Shown: positions 34,586 through 43,931 of the stretch, piece by piece | How positions within the stretch are numbered: the stretch's first letter is position 1 | Layout: each line of letters starts with the position of its first letter | Assembly: GCA_963714145.1 (NCBI GenBank) | Contig: OY970235.1 | Location: 7,962,499 to 8,026,498, forward strand | Length of the DNA: 64,000 nt | Source of the DNA: an uncultured Actinomycetota bacterium | GTDB lineage: Bacteria > Actinomycetota > Actinomycetes > Mycobacteriales > CADCTP01 | Direction of reading: 5' to 3' | Position numbers and translations under genes: made by a program | The notes under the pieces: model-generated | Told to the model about the DNA's origin: nothing | What the model saw: only the letters and a program-made list of their open reading frames with translations | Database searches by the model: none

Positions 34586-35668
34586 GTGCCGCACCCAGCG
34601 GTGCACGTCGTACTGCCGAACGAGATCGACGATCCGGCGGCGCCGAGCGGGGGCAATGCGTACGACCGGCAGGTGTTGCGCGGGCTGGCCGGGCTGGGCT
34701 GGTCGGTGCGGGAGCACGCCGTCCCGGGCGGCTGGCCGACCCCGCTGCCGGCCGAGCGGGCCACCCTCGCCCGGGTGCTCGCGGCGCTGCCGGACGGTGC
34801 GGTCGTGCTGGTCGACGGGCTGGTCGGCTCGGCGGTGCCGGACGTCCTGCTGCCGGCGGCGCACCGGCTGCGGTTGGTCGTGCTGGTGCACATGCCGCTC
34901 GGCGACGAGTCCGAGCGGGCCGCGCTGGCCGGCGCCAGCGCGGTGATCACGACGAGCGACTGGACCCGGACCCGGCTGCTCGAGCTGTACCGGTTGCCGG
35001 CCGACCGGGTGCACGCCGCGACCCCCGGCGTGCGGCCGGCCGACCTGGCGACCGGGTCGGACGCCGGCTCGGAGCTGCTCTGCGTCGCGGCGGTCAGCCC
35101 GCACAAGGGGCACGACCTGCTCACCGGGGCACTGGCGACGATCACCGACCTGCCCTGGCGGTGCACGTACGTCGGCTCGCTGACCCGGGACCCCGGCTTC
35201 GTCGCCCGGCTCCGCGAGCAGGCCCCCGACCGGATCCACTTCGCCGGCCCGCGGGTCGGGGCCGACCTCGACGCCGCGTACGCCGCGGCCGACCTGCTCG
35301 TGCTGGCATCGCGCGGGGAGACGTACGGCATGGTGGTGGTCGAGGCGCTGGCCCGCGGGATCCCGGTGCTGGCCACGGAGGTGGGCGGGCTGCCCGAGGC
35401 GCTGGGCCGCGCTCCGGACGGCAGCCGGCCCGGCCTGCTGGTGCCGCCGGACGATCCGCCCGCGCTGGCCGGAGCGCTCCGGCACTGGCTGACCGACCCG
35501 GCCCTGCGGCACCGGCTCCGGGCCGCCGCCCGCGCCCGCCGGCCAGCCCTGGCCGGCTGGGCCAGCACCGCCGAGCGCGTGTCGAACGTCCTGGCCGCGG
35601 TGGCCGCGGACCAGCCCGCCGCCGCGCCCCGCAGAGCGCGGAGCGCAGCGAACCGGAGGGACAAATGA
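34586..35668 (+). CDS. GT4-family glycosyltransferase
   Basis: SGGNAYDR N-terminal motif; E-x7-E region ETYGMVVVEALARGIPVLATEVGGLPE. GTG start directly after the upstream TAG. Confidence 0.85.
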   Translation: MPHPAVHVVLPNEIDDPAAPSGGNAYDRQVLRGLAGLGWSVREHAVPGGWPTPLPAERATLARVLAALPDGAVVLVDGLVGSAVPDVLLPAAHRLRLVVLVHMPLGDESERAALAGASAVITTSDWTRTRLLELYRLPADRVHAATPGVRPADLATGSDAGSELLCVAAVSPHKGHDLLTGALATITDLPWRCTYVGSLTRDPGFVARLREQAPDRIHFAGPRVGADLDAAYAAADLLVLASRGETYGMVVVEALARGIPVLATEVGGLPEALGRAPDGSRPGLLVPPDDPPALAGALRHWLTDPALRHRLRAAARARRPALAGWASTAERVSNVLAAVAADQPAAAPRRARSAANRRDK

Positions 35669-36492
35669 GCGGAGTGCGGCTGGGGGATCCGGTGGACTTC
35701 GCGGAGTGGCTCGCGCTGCGGGAGCCCGCCGACGCGGCCGCCCGCGCGCCGGACCTGGTCGAGCGGGTCCGCCGGCAGCTGGCCGGCCGGCCGCGGTTGA
35801 TCATCCACGACCTGGGCAGCGGCACCGGGTCGATGGGCCGCTGGCTGGCTCCGCGGTTGCCCGGCCCGCAGCACTGGATCATGTACGACCGGGACGCCGA
35901 CCTGCTGGACCGGGCCGCGGCGAACATGGTCACCAGCGCTGCGGACGGCGCTCCGGTCACCGTCGAGACCCGGCGCCGCGACATCACCCGGCTGCCGCCG
36001 GGCGAGCTCGCCGAGGCTGATCTGATCACCGCGTCCGCGCTGCTGGACATGTTCACCGCGGCCGAGATCGAGCGCGTCGTCGCAGCGTGCGCCGGGCGCC
36101 CCACGTTCCTGACGCTCTCGGTGATCGGCCAGGTGCGGCTCACCCCGGCCGACCCGCTCGACGCGGAGGTCGCCGCGGCGTTCAACGCCCACCAGCGCCG
36201 GACCACCGGCGACCGCAGCCTGCTCGGGCCGGACGCGGTCGACGCGGCCATCGAGGCGTTCGGCCGGCGCGGCGTCGGCACGCTGGTCCGGCCCAGCCCG
36301 TGGCGGCTGGGCGCGGATGCGGCCGGGCTGACCGCCGAGTGGCTGCGCGGCTGGCTGGGCGCGGCCTGCGAGCAGCGGCCGGAGTTGGCCGGCCCGGCGG
36401 CGGCGTACGCCGACCGGCGGCTGGCGGAGGCCGCGGCGGGCCGGCTCGGCGTGCTCGTCGGGCACAAGGACCTGCTCGCGGGGTGTGAATGA
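35665..36492 (+). CDS. Class I SAM-dependent methyltransferase
   Basis: IIHDLGSGTGSMGRWL motif. ATGA overlap with the upstream stop. Confidence 0.8.
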   Translation: MSGVRLGDPVDFAEWLALREPADAAARAPDLVERVRRQLAGRPRLIIHDLGSGTGSMGRWLAPRLPGPQHWIMYDRDADLLDRAAANMVTSAADGAPVTVETRRRDITRLPPGELAEADLITASALLDMFTAAEIERVVAACAGRPTFLTLSVIGQVRLTPADPLDAEVAAAFNAHQRRTTGDRSLLGPDAVDAAIEAFGRRGVGTLVRPSPWRLGADAAGLTAEWLRGWLGAACEQRPELAGPAAAYADRRLAEAAAGRLGVLVGHKDLLAGCE

Positions 36493-36549
36493 ACCGGTCA
36501 GCCGGCTGGGCCGTGTCTCTCCCGCAGTAGTACTTCTAGGGAGGGCTCG

Positions 36550-37728
36550 TTGCACAGCGCATCGACACTGGCACCGCGGGTGATGAAGACGGCCGAGTCG
36601 GCTGCCCCCGCGGCACCGCCGCGCCGGGTTCAACCCCGCCCGGCACCCGCCCGCCCGACCCAGGCTCCCGCCTCGGTCCAGGCCCCGGCTCCGGTCCAGG
36701 CTCCGGCCTCGATCCCGGCTCCGGTCGGGTCCGGGCCGGCGCCAGTCGAGCCGGCCGTGCGCGGGGCTGTGGCCAGGGCGGTCAAGGCCTGGCTACGGCC
36801 GGTCGCCGGGCTGGGCATCCTGACCATCCTGCTGTGGCGGGTCGGCACCGGCCCGTTCGTCGACGGGCTGCGCCTGATCAACGGCTGGGCGGTCGTGGCG
36901 GCGGTCGGCATCGGCGCGCTGACCACGGTGTGCAGTGCCTGGCGGTGGAGCCTGGTCGCCGGTGGCCTCGGGCTGCGGCTGCCGCTGTCGACCGCCGTGG
37001 CCGACTACTACCGATCGGTATTCCTGAATTCGACGCTGCCCGGTGGCGTGCTCGGCGACGTGCACCGCGCGGTCAGCCACGGTCGGGACGCCGGCGATGT
37101 CCGTCGCGGCATCCGCGCGGTGGTCTGGGAGCGGACCGCCGGCCAGTTCGTCCAGCTGATCATGGCGATGATCGTGCTGTCGGTGTTTCCCTCGCCGGTA
37201 CAGCGGTATATGCCTGCGGTGATTATCGTCGTGGTGGCCGTTGGGCTGGGGGTGGCGGTGCTGACCCGGGCGCTGCCGGGCGCCGGGCTGTCCCGCTGGG
37301 CCCGGGCGCGCTGGGCGCAGCCGCTGCGCACCGCGAAGGCCGACATCCGGTACGGGCTGCTCGCCCGCGGCAACTGGCACCGCATCCTGCTCGCCTCCGC
37401 CGTGGCGGTGGCCGGCCATCTTGCGACGTTCCTGGTCGCGGCCAGGGTCGTCGGCTCGGTCGCGGCCCTGTCCAGCCTGATCCCGCTGACCCTGCTGGCG
37501 CTGCTGGCGATGGGCGTGCCGGCGAACGTGGGTGGGTTCGGGCCGCGCGAGGGCGTGGCCGCCTGGGCGTTCGGGGCCGCCGGGCTGACCGCCGCGCAGG
37601 GCGTCACCACCGCGGTGGTGTACGGGGCGCTGGTGCTCGTCGCGAGCCTGCCCGGTGCGGCCGTCCTGGTCGCGCGGCGGCTGCGGGTGCCGGCCGCCGT
37701 CTCGCCGGAAGGTGCCATCGTTGGCTGA
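36550..37728 (+). CDS. LPG-synthase-TM/UPF0104 (flippase-like) polytopic membrane protein
   Basis: ..CSAWRWSLVAGGLGLRL....YYRSVFLNSTLPGGVLGDVHR.. pattern. The start is uncertain (TTG 36550 or ATG 36583). Confidence 0.75.
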   Translation: MHSASTLAPRVMKTAESAAPAAPPRRVQPRPAPARPTQAPASVQAPAPVQAPASIPAPVGSGPAPVEPAVRGAVARAVKAWLRPVAGLGILTILLWRVGTGPFVDGLRLINGWAVVAAVGIGALTTVCSAWRWSLVAGGLGLRLPLSTAVADYYRSVFLNSTLPGGVLGDVHRAVSHGRDAGDVRRGIRAVVWERTAGQFVQLIMAMIVLSVFPSPVQRYMPAVIIVVVAVGLGVAVLTRALPGAGLSRWARARWAQPLRTAKADIRYGLLARGNWHRILLASAVAVAGHLATFLVAARVVGSVAALSSLIPLTLLALLAMGVPANVGGFGPREGVAAWAFGAAGLTAAQGVTTAVVYGALVLVASLPGAAVLVARRLRVPAAVSPEGAIVG

Positions 37729-38371
37729 GCTGCCGACCGCGACGGTCCGCACCCAGGTGACGGTGCCGCTGCGATTACCAGATGGGTACACCACCACCGC
37801 GAACGTGTTCACCTTCCACGGGCTGGTAGACGGCCAGGAACACGTCGCGCTCGGCCTCGGCGACTGGACCGGAGCGCTCGACCGGCACGCTGCCGGTGGT
37901 CCCGCACCGCTGGTCCGCCCGCACAGCGAGTGCCTGACCGGGGACGTGTTCGGCAGCCAGCGCTGCGACTGCGGCCCGCAACTGCACGAGGCGGTCAAGC
38001 GCATCGCCGCGACCGGTGGCTTCCTGCTGTACCTGCGGCAGGAGGGCCGCGGCATCGGTCTGTACGCCAAGCTCGACGCGTACGCGCTGCAGGACGCCGG
38101 CCTGGACACCTACGAGGCGAACCTCGCCCTCGGGCACGGCGAGGACGAGCGCGACTACACTGCCGCCGCCCAGATGCTGACCGCGCTGGGCGTCGAGCGG
38201 GTGGCTCTGCTGAGTAACAACCCGGACAAGGCCGACCAGCTCAACCGGCTCGGCGTACCGGTGGTGGAACGGGTGCCGACCGGTGTGTTCCTCGGCCCGG
38301 CCAATGCCGCCTATCTGGCGGCGAAGGCCAGCCGCGCCGCCCGCACGGCAGACCTTCCGTTCGTCAGCTGA
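37721..38371 (+). CDS. ribA: GTP cyclohydrolase II
   Basis: RPHSECLTGDVFGSQRCDCG (Zn Cys triad), LYLRQEGRGIGL, DAYALQD, LLSNNP. Probable TTG start at 37721 (GGAAGG RBS) overlapping the upstream stop. It contains an in-frame TTA codon at 37775-37777. Confidence 0.9.
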   Translation: MAELPTATVRTQVTVPLRLPDGYTTTANVFTFHGLVDGQEHVALGLGDWTGALDRHAAGGPAPLVRPHSECLTGDVFGSQRCDCGPQLHEAVKRIAATGGFLLYLRQEGRGIGLYAKLDAYALQDAGLDTYEANLALGHGEDERDYTAAAQMLTALGVERVALLSNNPDKADQLNRLGVPVVERVPTGVFLGPANAAYLAAKASRAARTADLPFVS

Positions 38372-38403
38372 TCCACCCCACTTCCCGCAGAAAGGCCGTC
38401 GGG

Positions 38404-40470
38404 TTGTCTATCTTCACGCGCTCGGGCCGGACGCCGACCCAGGATCGGCCGACCGCCGAGGGCGACCCGGCCGGCGACACCGCACCTGCTGGGGTCGACG
38501 CCACCGGTGCCGATACTGCCGACGGCGACGTCACGTCCGCTGCTGTCGCGGGTGACCGTCGCGACGACATCGATGACGGGTCCGAGCCGGCGCCCGCCGA
38601 GGCCGTCCCCGCCAGTGCCGCTGCCGCCCCGGACACCGTGGCTGCCCCGGAGGTCGCGGCTGTCCCGGACACCGCTGCCGCCCCGGACGTCGTGGCTGCC
38701 TCGGACGCCGGGACAGCCTCGGACACCGTTGCCGCCCCGGACACCGTGGCAGCTCCGGACGCTGAGGCCGGCGGCGAGGGTGAGGCCGGCGGCGACGCTG
38801 CTGCTGGCCTGGACACCGCGGCCGTCCCGGACGCCGTCCCGGCTGCCGAACGGCCCAGCCGGCGGCGGCTGATCATGGCCCGGGTCCGGACCACGCTGGC
38901 CGCCGTGCTCGTACTCGGCGCTCTGCTCCTGCCGGACGACTACGGCCACCTCACGCCGCGGGTGTTCCTGCGGATCCCGGCGGAGGCGCTGCTGGGGGTC
39001 GTCGCCGTGCTCCTGCTGCCCCGGAAGCTGCGGCGGATCGCGGCCGGGATCGGTGGCGCCGGCCTGGGCGCGCTGACCGTGCTGAAGATCGTGGACATCG
39101 GCTTCTACGCGACCCTGGACCGGCAGTTCGACCTGGTGCTCGACTGGCCGCTGCTGGGTAGCGCGGCCGGGGTGGTCCGGGATTCGACCGGCCAGGTCGG
39201 CGCGGTCGGCGCGGTGATCGGCGCGGTGCTGCTGGTCGTCGCGGTGCTGTTCTTCATGACCCGCTCGGCGCTGCGGCTGGCCGACACCGTGTCCCGGCAC
39301 CGGCGCAACTCGATCCGCGGTGGCGCGGTGGCCGCAGTCGCCTGGGTGATGTGCACCGCGCTCGGCGCCCAGCTCGTCCCGGGGCTGCCGATCGCCGCCC
39401 GCAGCGACGCCGCCCTCATCTACCACCGTTCGGCCCAGGTCCGCGAGGGACTGCACGACGCGCGGGAGTTCGCCGCCCAGGCCTCGGTCGACCCGTTCGG
39501 GGACACCCCGGCCAGCCAGCTACTGACCGGGCTGCGTGGCAAGGATGTCCTGTTCAGCTTCATCGAGAGCTACGGCCGCAGCGCGGTCGAGGACCCGCAG
39601 TTCGCCACCCAGGTGGACGCGATACTCGCCGCCGGGACCAGCAAGCTGAACGCGGCCGGCTTTGCCTCCCGCAGCGGCTGGCTCACCTCGTCCACCGCCG
39701 GCGGCGGCAGTTGGCTGGCCCACTCGACGCTCTTCTCCGGCCTCTGGGTCAACAACCAGAAGCGCTACCGGACGCTGACCTCGGGCGAACGCCGCACCAT
39801 CCCGAGCGCCTTCAACAACGCCGGCTGGCGGACGGTCAGCCTGGAACCGGCCATCGTCAGGGCCTGGCCGGAAGTGAACTTCTACCATTACGACAAGGGC
39901 TACGCGAACCGGGATCTCGGCTACCGTGGCCCGCGTTTCAGCTATTCGCCGATGCCCGACCAGTACACCCTGTCGACTTTCCAGCGGACCGAGCGCGAGC
40001 CCGGTCATGCCCCGCTGTTCGGCGAGGTCACCCTCACCTCCAGCCACAATCCGTGGACGCCGATCCCGAAGATGGTCGACTGGGACGACGTCGGCGACGG
40101 CGGGATCTTCGAAGACCCGGCGAACCAGCAGGGCGGCGCGGTGAGCGACGTCTGGCCGAACCCGGCGAAGGTCCGCGTCGCCTACCGGCAGTCCATCGAG
40201 TACTCGCTCACCGCGCTCATCTCGTACATTCAGAAATACGGTGACAAGAACCTGGTCATCGTGTTCCTGGGTGACCACCAGGCCGCGCCCATCGTCGTCG
40301 GCGCGGGCGCCAGCCGGGATGTTCCGATCACGGTCGTGGCCAAGGATCCGGCCATCCTGGACCGGATCTCCAGTTGGGGCTGGACCCCCGGCCTGCAGCC
40401 GAGCAAGCAGGCCCCGGTCTGGCGCATGGACGCCTTCCGCAACCGCTTCCTGACCGCGTTCGCGCAGTAG
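38404..40470 (+). CDS. Membrane-anchored alkaline-phosphatase-superfamily transferase (LtaS/OpgB/sulfatase-like) with acidic low-complexity N-terminus
   Basis: TM helices followed by FSFIESYGRSA (metal-binding Glu context), SSTAGGGSWLAHSTLFSG and FLGDHQ. The N-terminal ~155 aa is an Asp/Ala/Pro-rich repeat. An alternative start is ATG ~38875. Confidence 0.7.
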   Translation: MSIFTRSGRTPTQDRPTAEGDPAGDTAPAGVDATGADTADGDVTSAAVAGDRRDDIDDGSEPAPAEAVPASAAAAPDTVAAPEVAAVPDTAAAPDVVAASDAGTASDTVAAPDTVAAPDAEAGGEGEAGGDAAAGLDTAAVPDAVPAAERPSRRRLIMARVRTTLAAVLVLGALLLPDDYGHLTPRVFLRIPAEALLGVVAVLLLPRKLRRIAAGIGGAGLGALTVLKIVDIGFYATLDRQFDLVLDWPLLGSAAGVVRDSTGQVGAVGAVIGAVLLVVAVLFFMTRSALRLADTVSRHRRNSIRGGAVAAVAWVMCTALGAQLVPGLPIAARSDAALIYHRSAQVREGLHDAREFAAQASVDPFGDTPASQLLTGLRGKDVLFSFIESYGRSAVEDPQFATQVDAILAAGTSKLNAAGFASRSGWLTSSTAGGGSWLAHSTLFSGLWVNNQKRYRTLTSGERRTIPSAFNNAGWRTVSLEPAIVRAWPEVNFYHYDKGYANRDLGYRGPRFSYSPMPDQYTLSTFQRTEREPGHAPLFGEVTLTSSHNPWTPIPKMVDWDDVGDGGIFEDPANQQGGAVSDVWPNPAKVRVAYRQSIEYSLTALISYIQKYGDKNLVIVFLGDHQAAPIVVGAGASRDVPITVVAKDPAILDRISSWGWTPGLQPSKQAPVWRMDAFRNRFLTAFAQ

Positions 40471-40535
40471 CCGCCGCCCGGCGCGGGGCGATCCCGGGTG
40501 ACCGCCCGGATCACCCCGGGCCGCGTGGCGCCGCC

Positions 40536-41000
40536 CTACCGCTCCGCGGCCGGGCCCTGTTCCTGGGACACGCCGTAGGCGAGCTTGCCGGTCTCCGGGG
40601 ACACGTCGGTGTTGGAGATGTCCACGGCGATGCGCCAGATCCCGTCCGGCTCACGCCGCCAGAGGGCGAGGTACCGCGACGTGATCCGGGCCGTCTCCGC
40701 GCCGGACGGGATCTCCAGCAGCACCCGGCCCTGCAGGTAGCCCATGTCTCCGGAGCTCTGCACCACGTCGTGGTGGATCGAGCGCTTCAGCCCGATCGCC
40801 CGGGCCCCGGTGCAGGCCTGCTTCCAGAACTGGGCGATCGCCGGCCGACCCTCCACCACGTCCATGCCCTGCCCAATCAACCGCGCGTTCTCGCCGTACA
40901 CCGAGGCCAGCGCCTCGTGGTCGCCCGCGTAGAAAACCCGCTCGTACTCCCGGGCAAACTCATTCGCCGAATCCTCGTCAAAGCTGGTGAATGCCAACAT
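40536..41000 (-). CDS. NTF2-like (SnoaL/DUF4440-type) protein
   Basis: ..GRPAIAQFWKQA....YLALWRREPDGIWRIAVDI.. pattern. Confidence 0.7.
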   Translation of the reverse strand: MLAFTSFDEDSANEFAREYERVFYAGDHEALASVYGENARLIGQGMDVVEGRPAIAQFWKQACTGARAIGLKRSIHHDVVQSSGDMGYLQGRVLLEIPSGAETARITSRYLALWRREPDGIWRIAVDISNTDVSPETGKLAYGVSQEQGPAAER

Positions 41001-41104
41001 CGCGCGTCCTTCCGCAGGCCAACCGGGGATGAGACGTCCAGGCCCAAACTACGTGAGCGCGCAGTGGATTCGATACCGAAGTCGGCGCCGATCGGGCGCT
41101 GCGG

Positions 41105-42487
41105 TCACCCGGGCTCCGGGTCAGCACCGGTGTAGCTGGCCGGGTCGAGAGCGGCTTGCACGGTTACCGCTTCCGCCGCCCAGAGAAACGCCTCGATAGT
41201 GGCCGGGGAGGCGTGCTGCGTGTCGACGGCGACCTGTATTTCGACGGTGTCCGGGACGTCGTTGATCCGTAGCGAGAACGGTTCGCTGACCGGGTCCACC
41301 GGCACCTGGCACCAGTCCAGCCGGCTGGCCGCCAGCGCGGCCCGGATGCGGTCGGGGGTGGGGGCCGGCCCGCTGACCAGCCGGCTGGCCGGGTCCCTGC
41401 GGTCGTTCACATAGCAGGAGATGTCGAGGTTCTCGCCGCGCTCCCGGCCGAGCCGGGCGACCAGCGCGTCCCGCTGGCTGGGGTCGTAGTAGGCGTTCTT
41501 GTAGGCGCTCAGCGAGGCCTGCCAGGCCCGGGCGACCACCTCGTCGAAGGTGCCGGCGGCGACGTCGATCACGCAGAGGCCGGGCATGCTGACCGCGCTG
41601 GCCGAGTCGGCGAGGCTGGGCCGGAACCGGTTGCTGACGATGAGCTGGGCCACGCTCGGGTTGATGCCGGTGGCCCGGGCCAGCCCGACCGCGAGGGCGG
41701 CCAGCAGTACCGGCGTGGTGTCCACGCCGGCGCGCGCGGCGATGACGCGGGCGGCCAGGTCCATGGCCGGGGAACGGTACTCGGCCTCCTGGAAGCGCGG
41801 CCGGTCGTGGCCGGTCGGGATGGGGAACCGGCGGGCCGGGATGTCACGCAGCAGCCGCTCCCAGTGCCCGAGGCTGGTCGTGCTGCGCCGTTGCCCGGCC
41901 GGGCCGGCCTCCCACCGCGCCTGCTCCAGCGGCGGCAGGCCGCGGACCGGGCCGGTCGGCCGGCCGGTGCTCGAGTCCAGATTGGACAGATCGGCGATCA
42001 GCGCGGCCACCCCGCCGCCGTCGAGGGCCAGATGGCAGTAGGTGGCCACCACGTGGGTGAGGGCGGCGCGGTGCCGGATCACGGCCATCCGCACCGGCCA
42101 CTCGTTCGCATAGTCGAACTCCTTCGCGTGGAAGCGGTTCCACACGGACTGGGCGACCGCCACCGGATCGGCATCGCCGGCATCCACGATCTCCAGCGTG
42201 GCCACGCCCGAGGCCGCCACCGCCTGCCGGACCCGCCCGTCGGCGTCGAACCGCAATCGGGTCCGCAGCGACTGGTGCCGGCTCATGATGAAGCTCAGCA
42301 CCCCTGCCGCCGCGTCCGGCGACATCCCCGCCGGCAGCGGGCTGACCCCGCCCACCGCCAGCGACGACCCCAGCCGCTGGATCATCCCCCACATCTCCCG
42401 CTGCCCCCAGCTCAGCTCACCGACGCCGGAACCCTCGCCCTCGAACGGCACCAGCACCCGATCCGCAACGCCCGCCACCGCGGTCAT
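41105..42487 (-). CDS. Stand-alone condensation (C) domain protein
   Basis: LSWGQREMW, the HHxxxDG-type motif as CHLALDGGG, ~460 aa. Start at ATG 42487. Confidence 0.8.
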   Translation of the reverse strand: MTAVAGVADRVLVPFEGEGSGVGELSWGQREMWGMIQRLGSSLAVGGVSPLPAGMSPDAAAGVLSFIMSRHQSLRTRLRFDADGRVRQAVAASGVATLEIVDAGDADPVAVAQSVWNRFHAKEFDYANEWPVRMAVIRHRAALTHVVATYCHLALDGGGVAALIADLSNLDSSTGRPTGPVRGLPPLEQARWEAGPAGQRRSTTSLGHWERLLRDIPARRFPIPTGHDRPRFQEAEYRSPAMDLAARVIAARAGVDTTPVLLAALAVGLARATGINPSVAQLIVSNRFRPSLADSASAVSMPGLCVIDVAAGTFDEVVARAWQASLSAYKNAYYDPSQRDALVARLGRERGENLDISCYVNDRRDPASRLVSGPAPTPDRIRAALAASRLDWCQVPVDPVSEPFSLRINDVPDTVEIQVAVDTQHASPATIEAFLWAAEAVTVQAALDPASYTGADPEPG

Positions 42488-42677
42488 GGGCCACCCCCTG
42501 AGAATCGGACAACAGTAGGGCATCCAGCACGGACCAGGTGTGTTCGGGAGCTCGGGCCGGCTCCGCTGCACGACCAGGGGGTGGCCGGTGCCCGCGCGGC
42601 TGGTCAGCTGGCGGCGGCGGCGGCGGACCGGCGGCACCGGCGCGGCCGGCGGCCGGGAGCGGGCTAGGGTCGGCGGC

Positions 42678-43772
42678 GTGGACACCTACGCCAGCAGCGG
42701 CGTCGACTACGAAGTGCTGGACCGGACCAAGCGCGCCGCCGGTGCCGCCGCCGCCGCCAGCGCGCACCTGCTCACCGCCCATGGTGGGCGGGAGTTCCCG
42801 GCGTCCCGTGGTCAGTCCGCGTACGTCTTCGAGGTCGGCGGTCAGACGCTGGCGTTCGTGCTGGAATGCCTCGGCACCAAATCGCTGATCGCGCTGGAGT
42901 ACGCCGCCCAGACCGGGGTCAACCGGTGGGCCGACGTGGCCAGGGACACCGTCGCCGCGGTCGTGAACGACCTGGCCAGCGTCGGTGCGCTGCCGCTGGT
43001 GGTGAACGCCTACTTCGCCACCGGCTCGGACGACTGGTTCGCCCTGCCCGGCGCCATGGACGAACTCGTCCGCGGCTGGACCGAGGCCTGCGCCGAATCC
43101 GGCGCCACCTGGGGCGGCGGGGAAACCCCGACGCTGCGCGGCCTGGTCACCGCCGGCGCGATCGAACTGGCCGGCAGCAGCGTCGGCGCCGTCCCCGCCG
43201 GCCGTGCCCCGCTGCTCGGCGACGACCTGCGGGCCGGCGACGAGATCGTGCTGATCGGCAGCAACGGCCTGCACGCCAACGGCGCCAGCCTGGCCCGCAC
43301 CGTCGCCGCCGCGTCCCCGGACGGCTGGGCCACCCTGCTGCCCAGCGGCCGGCGGCTGGGCGACGCGGTGCTCGACCCCACCGTCAACTACGTCCCGCTG
43401 GTCCGCACCCTGCTCGCCGCCGACCTGCCGGTCAGCTACCTGGCCCACATCACCGGCCACGGCTGGCGCAAGATCATGCGCGCCGAGCAGGACCTGCACT
43501 ACGTCATCGACGCCCTGCCCCCCGTCCCCGAGGTGCTGACCGAGCTGGCCGACCGCGCCCCCCTCGCCCCGGACGAGGCCTACGGCACCTTCAACATGGG
43601 CGCCGGCTTCGCCGTCTTCTGCCGTCCCGGCAGCACCGCCGCGGTCCTCGACACCGCCCAGCGCACCGGCTACCAGGCCCACCCCGCCGGCACCGTCCAG
43701 CCCGGCCAGCGCGCCGTCACCATCGCCCCGCTGGGCGTCACCTACCCTGGACACAGCCTCCTGCTGCGCTGA
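42678..43772 (+). CDS. AIR synthase-related (PurM-like) protein
   Basis: YASSGVD, GTKSLIA, NDLASVGA, GGETP, GSNGLHANG, HITGHGWRK. GTG start at 42678. Confidence 0.8.
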   Translation: MDTYASSGVDYEVLDRTKRAAGAAAAASAHLLTAHGGREFPASRGQSAYVFEVGGQTLAFVLECLGTKSLIALEYAAQTGVNRWADVARDTVAAVVNDLASVGALPLVVNAYFATGSDDWFALPGAMDELVRGWTEACAESGATWGGGETPTLRGLVTAGAIELAGSSVGAVPAGRAPLLGDDLRAGDEIVLIGSNGLHANGASLARTVAAASPDGWATLLPSGRRLGDAVLDPTVNYVPLVRTLLAADLPVSYLAHITGHGWRKIMRAEQDLHYVIDALPPVPEVLTELADRAPLAPDEAYGTFNMGAGFAVFCRPGSTAAVLDTAQRTGYQAHPAGTVQPGQRAVTIAPLGVTYPGHSLLLR

Positions 43773-43858
43773 TCCAACCCCGCAATCCCCGCAGAACGCG
43801 CCAACCCGGCCCGGTGCCAGCTACCCTGCGTGCGGGCACCCGCCCACCACACCCTCAC

Positions 43859-43931
43859 GGGGCGTTAGCTCAACTGGCAGAGCAGCGGACTTTTAATCCG
43901 CGGGTTCTGGGTTCGACCCCCAGGCGCCCCA
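43859..43931 (+). tRNA. tRNA-Lys(TTT): tRNA-Lys (anticodon UUU)
   Basis: Manual cloverleaf: acceptor GGGGCGT/GCGCCCC, D arm GCTC/GAGC, anticodon stem GCGGA/TCCGC with loop CTTTTAA, 5-nt variable region, T arm CTGGG-TTCGACC-CCCAG, discriminator A. CCA is not encoded. Confidence 0.95.

Noticed and set aside
34567-36633. 688-aa minus-strand ORF across the glycosyltransferase/methyltransferase genes, and similar long antisense ORFs at 13121-15034, 14905-16293, 16830-18737, 20661-21776, 22670-24304, 30494-32296, 42417-43754 and 52625-53989
   Set aside because: All have Arg/Pro/Gly/Ala-dominated, motif-free translations and lie opposite or out of frame to genes with clear family signatures.
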